The notes beneath the pieces were generated by a model. The model did no database searches, was not told where the DNA came from, and was given only the letters and a program-made list of their open reading frames with translations. A DNA stretch of 63,875 nt, filler included, from Collodictyon triciliatum (taxonomy: Eukaryota): the NCBI GenBank assembly GCA_043381765.1. It is 5 parts of 4 records of this genome, joined end to end, with 100 filler letters (N's around TTAATTAATTAA, not from the genome) between each part and the next. Parts side by side here need not be neighbours in the genome. Positions count along the whole stretch, not along the records: positions 1 to 14,035 come from JBHJMP010000439.1; positions 14,136 to 23,534 come from JBHJMP010000441.1; positions 23,635 to 41,986 come from JBHJMP010000442.1; 2 more parts are not named here. One strand, given 5' to 3'. Shown here piece after piece: positions 12,767 through 28,962 of this stretch; position 1 is the first letter of the stretch, and each line of letters begins with the position of its first letter. The position numbers and the translations under genes were made by a program.

Positions 12767-13855
12767 CTAGTCCGAAGGAGTAGAGCGCCGCAACAAAACG
12801 ACGGTGCGGCCACCCGGGGTGCGAACAACCGGAGATGCATTGGAGCCACTGCGAGAAGGCGGGCGCGGATTCTCTGGGTCGTTGAGCTCCTCCATATCTA
12901 AAGACAGAAGGTTAGAGACCCTGAGGAGAACACAAGTGGAACCGAAAGGGACGGAGAGACGCAGACCCTGGAGCAGCTGCAGCGCCTCGACATGGAACTC
13001 GGAGCAGCGCTGCTTGGGGGTGCGGTTGCGGACATCGAGGACGCCGACCGACGCGCTGGCATTGAGGAGAAACTCGATGGCCTCTGCCAGCCCGTGGGCA
13101 GCGGCCAGATGGAGGGCGGTCTCGCCGTACTCGTTCTGGGCGTCGATGGGGGCGTCGTACTCGAGGAGCAGACGCAGGACAGTCAGGAAGCGCTGCTGCG
13201 CGGAAGTTTCGGCGAGATGGGGGTCCGAATCTGCGGGAGGGTGCGGATGCGGGTGCGGATGCGGGAGTGTCGGGCTGGCGGCAGGGGGCCGGGGGATGCG
13301 GGCCAGGTGGCGGACGGCCTCGTGCAGCGGGGTGTTTCCGGCATGGTCGCGCGGGGCGGGGTGGGCCGAGCAGGGCGGGGCCAGCAGCAGGCGCACAACG
13401 TCGGGGCGGCCGGCGGCAGCGGCCTGGTGCAGCGCGCGCCAGCCGAACTCGTCGGCGACCTCGCTGAGCCGCGTGTGGCCGGCAGCCCACGGGCGCGGAA
13501 TCCAGGCCAGCAGCGCCTCGGCCGAGCGCACCGGGCCCTGCTGCGCGACGTGATGCAGCGCCGTGAAGCGGGGCGGCAGGCGCGTGTCCGGCCGCGGCGC
13601 AAAGCCCGGTGTCCCCCCCGCAGCCGCCCCTGCGCGCTCCACGCCCGCAAAGACGTCCGCCCCGTGGTCCAGCAGCCGCAGCAGGATCTCCTGTTGGCCC
13701 AGCCGCGCCGCGTGGTGCAGCAGCGGGACCCCCTCCCCGTCCCGCACGTTGGCGTCCGCCCCGCTGCGCAGCGCCTCCCGCGCACGCCCCACGTCCCGCT
13801 CCCACACCGCCTGCACCAGGCGCTCGCTTGCGCGCTGCCGATCGGACGAGCTCAT
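12767..13855 (-). CDS. Ankyrin-repeat protein (very GC-rich), probable 69-nt intron at 12898-12966
   Basis: Ankyrin motifs: GADANVRDGEGVPLLHHAA, FTALHHVA, GWRALHQAA, GNTPLHEAV, IDAQNEYGETALHLAA, NRTP. Confidence 0.88.
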   Translation of the reverse strand: MSSSDRQRASERLVQAVWERDVGRAREALRSGADANVRDGEGVPLLHHAARLGQQEILLRLLDHGADVFAGVERAGAAAGGTPGFAPRPDTRLPPRFTALHHVAQQGPVRSAEALLAWIPRPWAAGHTRLSEVADEFGWRALHQAAAAGRPDVVRLLLAPPCSAHPAPRDHAGNTPLHEAVRHLARIPRPPAASPTLPHPHPHPHPPADSDPHLAETSAQQRFLTVLRLLLEYDAPIDAQNEYGETALHLAAAHGLAEAIEFLLNASASVGVLDVRNRTPKQRCSEFHVEALQLLQGLRLSVPFGSTCVLLRVSNLLSLDMEELNDPENPRPPSRSGSNASPVVRTPGGRTVVLLRRSTPSD

Positions 13856-13987
13856 CCCTGCCGGGTCTGTGTCTCGAGTTGGGTGCGTCTGTCTTTGGCT
13901 GTTGTTGTTACCTTTGGATGAGTTTTTTGTTTTCTTTTCGTTTTTTTTGTTTTTTTTTTTGTTTTTTTGTTTTTTTTGTTTTTTTTT

Positions 13988-14035
<48 letters not shown>

Positions 14036-14079
14036 NNNNNNNNNNNNNNNNNNNNNNNNNNNNNNNNNNNNNNNNNNNN

Positions 14080-14091
14080 TTAATTAATTAA
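14080..14091. other. Artificial contig linker TTAATTAATTAA (also at 23579-23590, 42031-42042 and 55823-55834)
   Basis: An identical palindromic 12-mer with stop codons in all six frames sits in the middle of ~100-nt N blocks. Confidence 0.95.
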
Positions 14092-14292
14092 NNNNNNNNN
14101 NNNNNNNNNNNNNNNNNNNNNNNNNNNNNNNNNNNTTTTCTTTTCTTTTCTTTTCTTTTCTTTTCTTTTCTTTTCTTTTCTTTTCTTTTCTTTTCTTTTC
14201 TTTTCTTTTCTTTTCTTTTCTTTTCTTTTCTTCAGAACTCTGATAGTCTTGTATCCTACGTATCTTTTAATTTTCGACTCTTTCTTTGCCAG

Positions 14293-16293
<2,001 letters not shown>

Positions 16294-17207
16294 ATAAATG
16301 ACCTCTATCTTGGAACTTACATCTTCGTTTCTCATTGCCGCCTCGATATGGGTATCACTCCTCTTCTTTTCTTAACAAAATAGACATATTTAGTCTGTTT
16401 ATTATTATCATTTGTGATAGAGAAAAACACTTATAATCATAGTTCAGTTCTCATCAAGAAAAAAAAAATTACCCTAATACTTTACTCTTTCATGTGTTTT
16501 GCTGGTTGATTGATTTATTCATTCATGCTATTGGCTCGTTATAAATTAAGATCTTTAGAGAAAGATTCGCAAGGTGTGAGGAAACTTGCCACAACCTTTA
16601 CTTCGGTAACATTAGTCTCCGTGCATTTATTGGAGGTGCGCACGACCCGCAGGAATTTCGATCGGTGTCGCTGTCTCTGATATATTTGTTGGTTGTGACA
16701 ATTGCTCTCAACCAGCAGATATTTAGATGATGTTTTGCGCGTGATTCTGCTGAATTGTTATTCGTATATATGTTTTGAGCTTTCGTTAGTCATTCGCCAT
16801 CGCGATACATGAAGGGTAGTAGTAGATGCGGGTTGTATGGCTGCAATGACCGAGCCAAGGAGCCAAGGAGCTTTCGCGGCGTAGATATTACATTGCAGCA
16901 TTTTAATATACGACACGGTTGTTTTTATTTTATTTTAATCGGATTTCAGATTCTGTTTGTTGGTATCCTTTGAAAAGTGAGAAAAGGTGCGGTTTTTTTT
17001 GTTTTTGTTTTTTTTGTAAGTTTCAAGAGTAAATGTGCTGGCTGTTTGTTAGGGAATAATCTCGGTGATGGGATGTATGTATGTTTTTTATTTTATTTTA
17101 TTATCATGGTTCTCTTTTGTCTTTGGTCCGATTCTTTACTGAATCACGGCTCATCCTTTTCTGCCAGGGGCATTTGTGACGTTCTTTTTCCCTCATGCAG
17201 AAAAGTG

Positions 17208-20067
<2,860 letters not shown>

Positions 20068-20716
20068 CTTAAATCCAAAGTAAAAATTGTCAATATAAAT
20101 NNNNNNNNNNNNNNNNNNNNNNNNNNNNNNNNNNNNNNNNNNNNNNNNNNNNNNNNNNNNNNNNNNNNNNNNNNNNNNNNNNNNNNNNNNNNNNNNNNNN
20201 NNNNNNNNNNNNNNNNNNNNNNNNNNNNNNNNNNNNNNNNNNNNNNNNNNNNNNNNNNNNNNNNNNNNNNNNNNNNNNNNNNNNNNNNNNNNNNNNNNNN
20301 NNNNNNNNNNNNNNNNNNNNNNNNNNNNNNNNNNNNNNNNNNNNNNNNNNNNNNNNNNNNNNNNNNNNNNNNNNNNNNNNNNNNNNNNNNNNNNNNNNNN
20401 NNNNNNNNNNNNNNNNNNNNNNNNNNNNNNNNNNNNNNNNNNNNNNNNNNNNNNNNNNNNNNNNNNNNNNNNNNNNNNNNNNNNNNNNNNNNNNNNNNNN
20501 NNNNNNNNNNNNNNNNNNNNNNNNNNNNNNNNNNNNNNNNNNNNNNNNNNNNNNNNNNNNNNNNNNNNNNNNNNNNNNNNNNNNNNNNNNNNNNNNNNNN
20601 NNNNNNNNNNNNNNNNNNNNNNNNNNNNNNNNNNNNNTTTTCATGAACACCGATATTTATGAGAATAATAATAATAAATAGTGTCATAATGGGTATGCAA
20701 CAAATGAAATGCAAAC

Positions 20717-22541
20717 AGCTTCGTTTTGTGCACTAAGCTCCAAGTTTTTCGACGCCTCTATATCTAGCATTTTCGATATATCTTGCAATCTATTCGAACG
20801 CGCTTTGGCCAATTCGAGCTCCACATCCTTTTCTTGAAGCTAATATTCGTGTTGAGAACATCTCATCTACTTTAATTCGTTGACTTTTCTGACTTTTGCA
20901 GGAATCAGGAAGACCAGTATCGATTTGTAATAGATTTCAACTTTTTTTTTTTAAAAAAAAAAAACACGTGGTACTCCTTTGTGAAGTATTGGCTATAAAT
21001 GTAGCAGGATTAAAAAAAATGTCAACTCACTTTTCTCTTTAGGATTTCTATCTCAATCTCTAGAGCCTCCAGTTTGCTCGACGCTTGAATCATTTCAACT
21101 TCAGCGTCGACTCTTTTTTTGCGTTCAGTATCCAGAATGTCACTTAGTGATGATATCTCATTGCTTCGCTGGTGAAACTGATTAATGGTTTCTGATACGA
21201 TATTTGCGAGTTGGTTCCTGTGCGAAAACTAAGGGTTGTCCGATTTTGTGAGCATGATTGGGCTAAGAACAAAATTATATTCTTTTATTTCAGATTAAAT
21301 ATTTTGGAAATCATTAATTGCGTAATTGGTATTTTCGGTATTATTTCATGGTGTGATATTTCGATAGTTTCGAATCAAAATGACCATTCGCGGATCAACA
21401 GATATTCCATCGCTGTTTCTCGATGTGGGGATGGACCAGTTATCGTCTGATGAGTAATCGCTGCGCACTTCTGTGGGAAATAAGGTAGAACTTGGATGTG
21501 TTTTTCGACCATATCGATCGTAATCGGTGGGTCTATTTGAAGTGGCAACAGTTAAGCGATTAAAGGAAAGAAGTAAGACAACAATCAACGAAAAGAAATG
21601 CTGACGCAGAAACGCTGTATGGGGGAAATCGAACGGCGTTGTTTTTTAAACTGTTACAGTGATCACATACTCTGGGATTCGAAACGCTTGGTTCGCATGC
21701 TTTGAGTTCTGAGTTGTTTTTAAGTTGTTTGTGTGTTTCAATTTTTCAGATTCATGGATTCGATGCAGTGTTTGTTTCGGTATTAAGGTAAATAAAAATA
21801 TGACCAACTGAATGATAATGTAAATATGGAAAAAACTACGAATGGAAAATGATATAAGAGAAAAAGAGAAAAAGAGATATAGAGAAAAAGAGAAAAAGAG
21901 AAAAAGAGAAAAAGAGATATAGAGAAAAAGAGAAAAAGAGAAAAAGAGAAAAAGAGAAAAAGAGAAAAAGAGAAAAAGAGAAAAAGAGAAAAAGAGAAAA
22001 AGAGAAAAAGAGAAAAAGAGAANNNNNNNNNNNNNNNNNNNNNNNNNNNNNNNNNNNNNNNNNNNNNNNNNNNNNNNNNNNNNNNNNNNNNNNNNNNNNN
22101 NNNNNNNNNNNNNNNNNNNNNNAGAAAAAAGAGAAAAAAGAGAAAAAAGAGAAAAAAGAGAAAAAAGAGAAAAAAGAGAAAAAAGAGAAAAAAGAGAAAA
22201 AAGAGAAAAAAGAGAAAAAAGAGATAAAGAGATAAAGGAGAAATAAATAAAAAGGGAATAAGAGATAAAGAGATAAAAAGAGAAAAAGAGAAAAAGAGAA
22301 TAAGATATAAAAAGAGAATAAGATATAAAAAAAAGATGAAAGATAAAAAAAATTGGAAAAAAAAACAGACCCGTTGTGGTGTTGAAGTGGAGCGCGAAAG
22401 ATCACTCGCGGCGTCATCGACGTCCTGACTTAAGCCAAGCGATTCTGATCTCACAAATACAGGCGTTGTGAAGGGACTCGTACGTGTCTGCTTCTTTGGT
22501 GTGCCGTCCAAGGGCGAAGGATTCGTTCGGTCATAGTCCAT
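20717..22541 (-). CDS. Multi-exon coiled-coil protein, 3'-truncated by gap
   Basis: Ser/Pro-rich N-terminal exons (MDYDRTNPSPLDGTPKKQ...) followed by heptad-rich exons (LSDILDTERKKRVDAEVEMIQASSKLEALEIEIEILKRK; LQEKDVELELAKARSNRLQDISKML). Splice phases are consistent. Confidence 0.6.
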
Positions 22542-23634
22542 TTTTTTTCCTTCAAGCTTTTCAATATCAAACGGGTTTTTAGAAAAGCTAAGAAAAAAAG
22601 AAAAAGAAAAAGGAAAAGAAAAAGAAAAAAGAAAAAAGAAAAAAGAAAAAAGAAAAAAGAAAAAAGAAAAAAGAAAAAAGAAAAAAGAAGAAAAAGAAAA
22701 AGAAAGAAGAAAGAAGGAAATAAGAAAAAGAAAGAAGAAAGAAGAAAAAGAAAAAAGAAAAGAAAAAAGAAAAAAGAATCGGAGGGGTTAAAAACAACTT
22801 TCCTTCGTATACTTCTCTCAAAGTCCTTCATAGTATTAGATGGCAGGAGAATGAAATAAAAAACAAAAAACAAAAAATAAAAGATATCATGAAAAACAAA
22901 AAAGAAAGGAGCCCTGCTTGCTGTTTGAGAAGACTCATAATCATTAGCTTCGATCGTTCGGGCCCAACGGCAAAGGCACGCGCCGGGTCAGTGCGGGAAA
23001 AAGCAAAAGACGAGACGGGTTATTTCAAAAGAACGTTTGCCGCTTCCAACAGACAAAAATCAGCTTCAAACGGATTTCCTCTTTGTTTATTTTTAAAGGC
23101 GCGAGTTGGATTCACTGCGCTGCAAACGCGCTTTGATATCGGTTGACTTGCATGAGACATGCGAGAAGAAAAGAAGACACGGCCCGGGACGCTGAATCAT
23201 GTGTGGTATGTGGATGCGTGAGGGAATCCATCGGTGATGGGCGTCTGGGTTCTTGGGTGATGGTGTTTTGTTTTGTTTTGTTTTTTGTTTTTGTTTTTCT
23301 TTGTTTTTTTGTGATGGCAGTTTTGTTTTTTTTATGATGGCAGTTTTGTTTGGTGGGTGGTTGTGTCTGGGTAACCATTGCGGCGTTATGTAACTTTTTT
23401 GATCTTTTTTCTCTCTTTATTCCCTCTTTTATTCCCTCTTTTATTCTCTCTTTTATTCTCTCTTTTATTCTCTCTTTTATTCTCTCTTTTATTCTCTCTT
23501 TTATTCTCTCTTTTATTCTCTCTTTTATTCTCTCNNNNNNNNNNNNNNNNNNNNNNNNNNNNNNNNNNNNNNNNNNNNTTAATTAATTAANNNNNNNNNN
23601 NNNNNNNNNNNNNNNNNNNNNNNNNNNNNNNNNN

Positions 23635-23945
23635 ATTGAGATTGAGATTGAGATTGAGATTGAGATTGAGATTGAGATTGAGATTGAGATTGAGATTGAG
23701 ATTGAGATTGAGATTGAGATTGAGATTGAGATTGAGATTGAGATTGAGATTGAGATTGGGATTGGGATTGGGATTGGGATTGGGATTGGGATTGGGATTG
23801 GGATTGGGATTGGGATTGAGACTCAGATTGAGATTTGGATTGGGATTTGGATAGGGATTGCGATAGGGATTGCGATAGGGATTGGGATTGGGAATGGAAT
23901 TGAGATTGGGATTGGGTTAGAGACTCTGATTGGGATAGAGATTGA
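23635..23945 (+). repeat. (ATTGAG)n hexamer array grading into (ATTGGG)n and degenerate units
   Basis: Directly visible next to an assembly linker. Confidence 0.95.
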
Positions 23946-24176
23946 GTTAAAGCTCTATGAATATATCCTATAGGAGGTTGTGTTTTCATATGAGAGTCTA
24001 GAATTTTTTTGACATTCGCGTCTGAATTACAGACATGGTTTCCAATTGATAATTCTATCTTTCCGTTTAATGTATCCTTCTGCGGTTGACTTCTTTGATA
24101 CTTGAGCCCACATCTGGTTCTAATCTCATCTATATGGCAGGAGATTTTTGAGTAATTGAATGTTAAGATAAAAATT

Positions 24177-25622
24177 TCATTTGGATCTCAAAATCCTACA
24201 CATTTTATAACTTTTCTCATGAATGTAACTATTTCACCAAATTGCCATTATACGTCGAACAATTTGAAAGCTATGAGATAAAATCTGACCATTCAATTTA
24301 AGCTGAACCACGGCATGCTCATTCAAGACTAAAATTCGTGCGTCATGAACAAATGAAATGTCGAACTGGCTTTGTAGACAATTCTTATGTTGAGAGACTA
24401 AAAATGCCCACATGTAAACTGCTGTGTCACCCTTTTCTCCACAAAAAGAAACCTTCTTAGATAATGAGGACAAATGATTGTCCAGAGAGATAATGCCACA
24501 TCCTTTTCTGAGAAATTTGATGTCGATCCTAACACTGATGACTTCATCATTCGTTGCTTTCTCTGGACCCAATTTCTGTATATTTTCAGATATTTTATTT
24601 TTGCATGAATCTATCGACGCAATTGAAATTGATTTTGAAAGATGATTTTCAAGGTCATTATACATTTCAAGAAGATTGCCAGAGGATTTTGAACTCAGAT
24701 ATTTGTTATATGTTTGAGGTGCGCATTTCTTGTCCGCCTCATGTTTCGAAGATGTTATACTGGGATTATGCAGATTCAAGTATTCAAGTCTGTAACGATT
24801 TGGAAATGTGTTTTTGATCAAAAAACTATGAATAAGAATAATTTGATCCTTATTTTGTTTAGTGTCTTGTTGACTTGGAAAAATCCCATCCGAAATATTT
24901 TTGTTAGATTCGTTATTAGCGGATATTAAAATTGCCTCTATTTTACTACAGTATAGTAAAATGGCTACAAAATGCACAAAAGCATGAGAACCGGATTCTT
25001 TTCGAACTTTTTTTATCAAATGCTTCATTTCCTTTCTGACAGTAGATTTATCAAGAACCTAAATGTGAAAATAAGTAGGTTAAAAAATGGGGTGAGCCTT
25101 TTGGCTGAGGTTGGATAATTTAATATTAACATTTTTCTTCATTTTTTCAATATTGTAGTGTAGTTTTGTGGTAATAAGTCTGCATGCATATTTTATCATT
25201 TTTTTCCTAACATGGTATAATCCTCGTTTTTTTTTTATCTATTTATTTATTGTAGAGGTACTTTGTTTTTCGCTGTCTTTCTGAAAAAAAACTATCTGGT
25301 ATGCAAGTATACTACAAATGCATCGATTCAGGGTAAAATGCAACTTTTGTTGCTTGAAACACTCGATTTCGTGATCTAACTTTTTCAGATTTAACAGTGC
25401 GCCGTCATTTGGGTTTCTGAGCCACACTGTTGTATAAAACGATATGGGATAGCAACTTCCAAATACTTCGCATCGGTCTATTTCAAGTACGCTTTGGTGG
25501 GTGCAGTGAGAATATGTTTGGTAATTGGTCATTCGTGCATAAATCAATTGCAAGGTAGATTTACTGCGAGGGTTGTTGTTCTCGGCGTTTGACCGATGTA
25601 CCATTTCGCTGGCTTCGGTCAC
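24177..25622 (-). CDS. Hypothetical protein, about 4 exons
   Basis: A long open frame at 24234-25059 in AT-rich DNA is bounded by plausible splice sites. A short last exon reads WILRSK* (stop 24177-24179). No family recognised. Confidence 0.5.
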
Positions 25623-26120
25623 CGTTTGCGCTCAAGGATGCCGTACTAGAGATACCATACAATGTCATTCCAAAGTTGTTTTCCAATAAAACTCATAATA
25701 GCTATGCATTATTATGCACAATAGTATGAACACTGATCATACTCAAGTGGCCTATAAAAGACTCTAAAAAGCTCTCGAAATTATATTCCACATCAGTGTA
25801 TTAGGTTTCCTTCATTCGGAAGTCGCCACCAATCCAGCCGAGGCCAATCGATTGCGCTTGTAGGCTTTGTTGCCTGCGAGTTTGTCGCGTGTGAACGTCG
25901 TCGGCTGCGTAGTTGGAAACTTGTTTTCTTCCAAGCGAGGTGTCTGTGCTCAACTTGCCCCTGATCAACTTTGAAAGTCAGCGTGAAGCAGTAAAGAAGG
26001 CACACTTCCCCCTTCTTCCTCTTTATATATGTATGTATATATATGTGTGTGTTTTTCTCACTGGTTTATTCTTTATTTTTTTTCTTCTTTTTCTGCAGTT
26101 CAACGTAAGCCAGCGACTCT

Positions 26121-28225
26121 ATGGCTGACGACCTGGATTCACTTCTCGACGGTATATTTCTGCCTCGCTTATTCTTGCATAAATCCTACTCTCCAAAAAA
26201 AGAAAAAAAGAAAGATTTTTTTTATTTATTTATTGAAGTCGCTCGTACTAGACATACTGCTATATTACATACATGCATCTATGTTCAGCTTCAACTTTTC
26301 TTCGCATTTGGCTCTATTTTCCCATTTTAATGGTCAAAAACAATGCATAAACAGATGCTTTGGAGGACTTCCAGCCAGCCCCCTCGAATAGTCCATCTGC
26401 CACCGCTTCATCAGCTGCTGGGCCTTCGAGTCCCTTCTCAAGTAGTTCTGTGCAAACTGGCATTGGCAGCGGGCTCCCCCCATTCCTGAGCAGCGGACCA
26501 GAGCGCCATGAAGGAGGCCTTGAATCAGAAGAGTCGGATGAAAAAGTAGCTCAGGAATTTGAAAGGAACATGCATGAGTTTATGAAGGTTTCAATTAGTC
26601 GAAATACTTGACTTTGGGTTTTTTGCATCTTACTGTTACAAGTCAATTTTCTAATTGGTCTTCTGTACACCATCGCGTCATCGCCCAAAAAAAAATAAGA
26701 AGGAAAGAGAATCACATCGATGTTACTTTATTATTTTGAATCGAGTTGAATTTTGCGTAATGTGATGTAATTTTTTTCTTCATTTTCGCCTCCTTTTCAA
26801 TTATTTTTGAAGGCTCTTTCCGAAGGAGGCGACGTGTCTCAGTCTCTAAAGTCATTCTACAGTTCACTTGGCTTGGATCCTGCACTCCTCGACGATCCAT
26901 CGTTCGCAGGCTTTCCAGGCTTTCCAGGTACGTTGAGCTGCTTATCTGTCTCCGCCAATACCTGGAAGGCTTTCAAGTAACGATACCTCAGGAACAGGAG
27001 AGACTGAAAGCGCCTCCAACACAGAGTCTGGTCCTTCTTCATCTGGAACTGATTCGAGCGCAACTGCAGAGGACTTGTTTCGCCAAAACATTCTTGAAAC
27101 TATGCAGAAACTTGCCCAGGGCTCGGAGGGCCTCGATGTAAGAAGCACCCGTTAATATGCTTGTGTATTGAACTCATCAAATACACATTTTATCTGCAAT
27201 CCAATTTGTAAAGTTTAAGAATGATCATACGGTATTTGAAATCTTTAAAATAATAATCCATCAAACATTTTGCACAATAGAGACCTGCAGAGCCAAGTGC
27301 TGACCAAGAATCCTTCATGCGGCAAATTCAGGAACAGCTGGAATCCATGTCAACCAATCCTGGCCTTCAATCAGCAATGGAGGGGATGATCAAGCAGCTC
27401 TTAAACAAAGAAGTTCTTTATGAGCCAATGAGGGACATTGCTGAGCGAGTATAGCTCTGATTTTGATTTGAATTCCATCACCACTAATTGAGACTCTTTT
27501 GTCGTGTCCATTTGTAAAGGCTGGATTCAGCTGAAGTGATGAGCGGATGAACTATTCGAAAGAAGCTCAAGTTTTCATTTTAACATATGCTTACTTGTCT
27601 AACCCTCTTTTATTACGACTGTGTTTCATCTTAAACCTAGTACCCCGATTGGCTGGAAAGGAACCGCGCTTCGCTCGCTCCTGCAGACTACGAACGCTAC
27701 CAACAACAACTGGGCATTGTCCGCAATATTTGCCGAGTGCGCTATCATTTTTTGTTTCAGTTTTCAAAATCACATCACCATCACTTTCTGTTTCAAAAGA
27801 CTATCTTCTCTCGAAGCCCGTCCTTTTGAAACTCACCTTTTGTGTGCAATCCAGGTCTTTGAGGAAACACCAGACAGCTTTGAGAATGTGATGGAATTGA
27901 TGCAACAGGTATGGCCTATATTCACACACCACCCTTACTTTCATCAATTTATTATTACAATTATTATCCTCGGTCTCCCCAACAGCCAGGCACTGCCCGC
28001 GTCTTTACGTCCTCATCCACCCCAACCTTTTTCAAAAACGCTTAAATCCCCTTGCTCCTTTCAAATCCGCCAGCCGTAACCCCACACAACCCACAGATGC
28101 AGGACTTGGGCCAGCCGCCAGCCGAGCTCCTCAAGGAAATCTCCCCAGACGCCGAGATAGGGCCGGACGGGCTGCCGAAAATCCCAGGGCTCGACCAAAT
28201 GGGCGACAAGTGCTCCGTCATGTAA
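26121..28225 (+). CDS. PEX19: Peroxisomal biogenesis factor 19
   Basis: N-terminal MADDLDSLLD|DALEDF (Pex3-binding motif). C-terminal domain MIKQLLNKEVLYEPMRDIAERYPDWL...YERYQQQ...VMELMQQMQDLGQPPAEL. Ends in CaaX box CSVM*. Confidence 0.95.
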
Positions 28226-28962
28226 CTGAAACCAAACTCGTCGTGCCATTTGCTGCAGGTTCCTCACAGAGCCAACTCAGACTCGACAATACCTGCGGTG
28301 GCAAAGCACGAAGCTGGGTAGCACTCTCCTTTGCATCCCTTTTGAGACCAAAACAATCAAACATCCAATCAAAACAATCCCAAAAAAAAAAAGAAGAAAA
28401 AAATCAGGTTTACTTTCTGCAGCTATCCTGTGTTGTGAATCTGTGGGATGGAATCGTCTTGTGGGGAGAGCTGGAATTGAAGGAAGATAAGAAAAGAAAG
28501 TGATAGAGACATCCACCAACCCAACCGTTCATAAACTTAACATGTCCTGTGAAAACATTCTTTCAGAAGCTGCACTTATCAGACCAACATCATCTTTTCT
28601 CCATCCTCCCCCTGTTTTCTCCAGCATGCAAGCAAACAAGAAATATATATAAACAACCGAGGCTTCCCTTTTCTTTTCTCTCTCATTTTTATTCATTTTT
28701 CTTTCCATTTTTTCTATACTTGCGACGGCTATATTTATTCAAAAAGCCACGCGTTTATCTCCTTGCTGAAGCATGCTCAGCAGTAATCTCCACGCCGTCA
28801 TCATTGTGCTAGGATAAGAAAGAAGAAGAAAAGAAAAAGGAGAATAGATAAGACAAGACAAGACAAGACATAACGTGTTCTCCTCTCATCTCCACCCTGC
28901 ACTCATCGCCAAGGAACGGACTTTGTCGCGCCACGGCCGCCGCAACACTCAGCAACAGGAGC

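Noticed and set aside
14080-14091. Recurrent palindrome TTAATTAATTAA (4 copies)
   Set aside because: Always centred in N blocks and has stops in all six frames, so it is an assembly linker. Adjacency across these points is uncertain.
12804-14091. Many overlapping ORFs over the ankyrin gene
   Set aside because: Stop-codon scarcity in GC-rich DNA. Only the 12767-13855 minus frame carries motifs.
23579-23989. Poly-SQ / poly-RL ORFs and possible telomeric repeat
   Set aside because: These are translations of a hexamer microsatellite. GGGATT is the reverse of TTAGGG, not its complement, so it is not the canonical telomere repeat.
25088-25115. GCCTTTTGGCTGAG resembling U2 snRNA stem I or a TPP riboswitch start
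   Set aside because: No adjacent GTAGTA branch-pairing sequence and no downstream TPP core. It lies antisense within a predicted intron.
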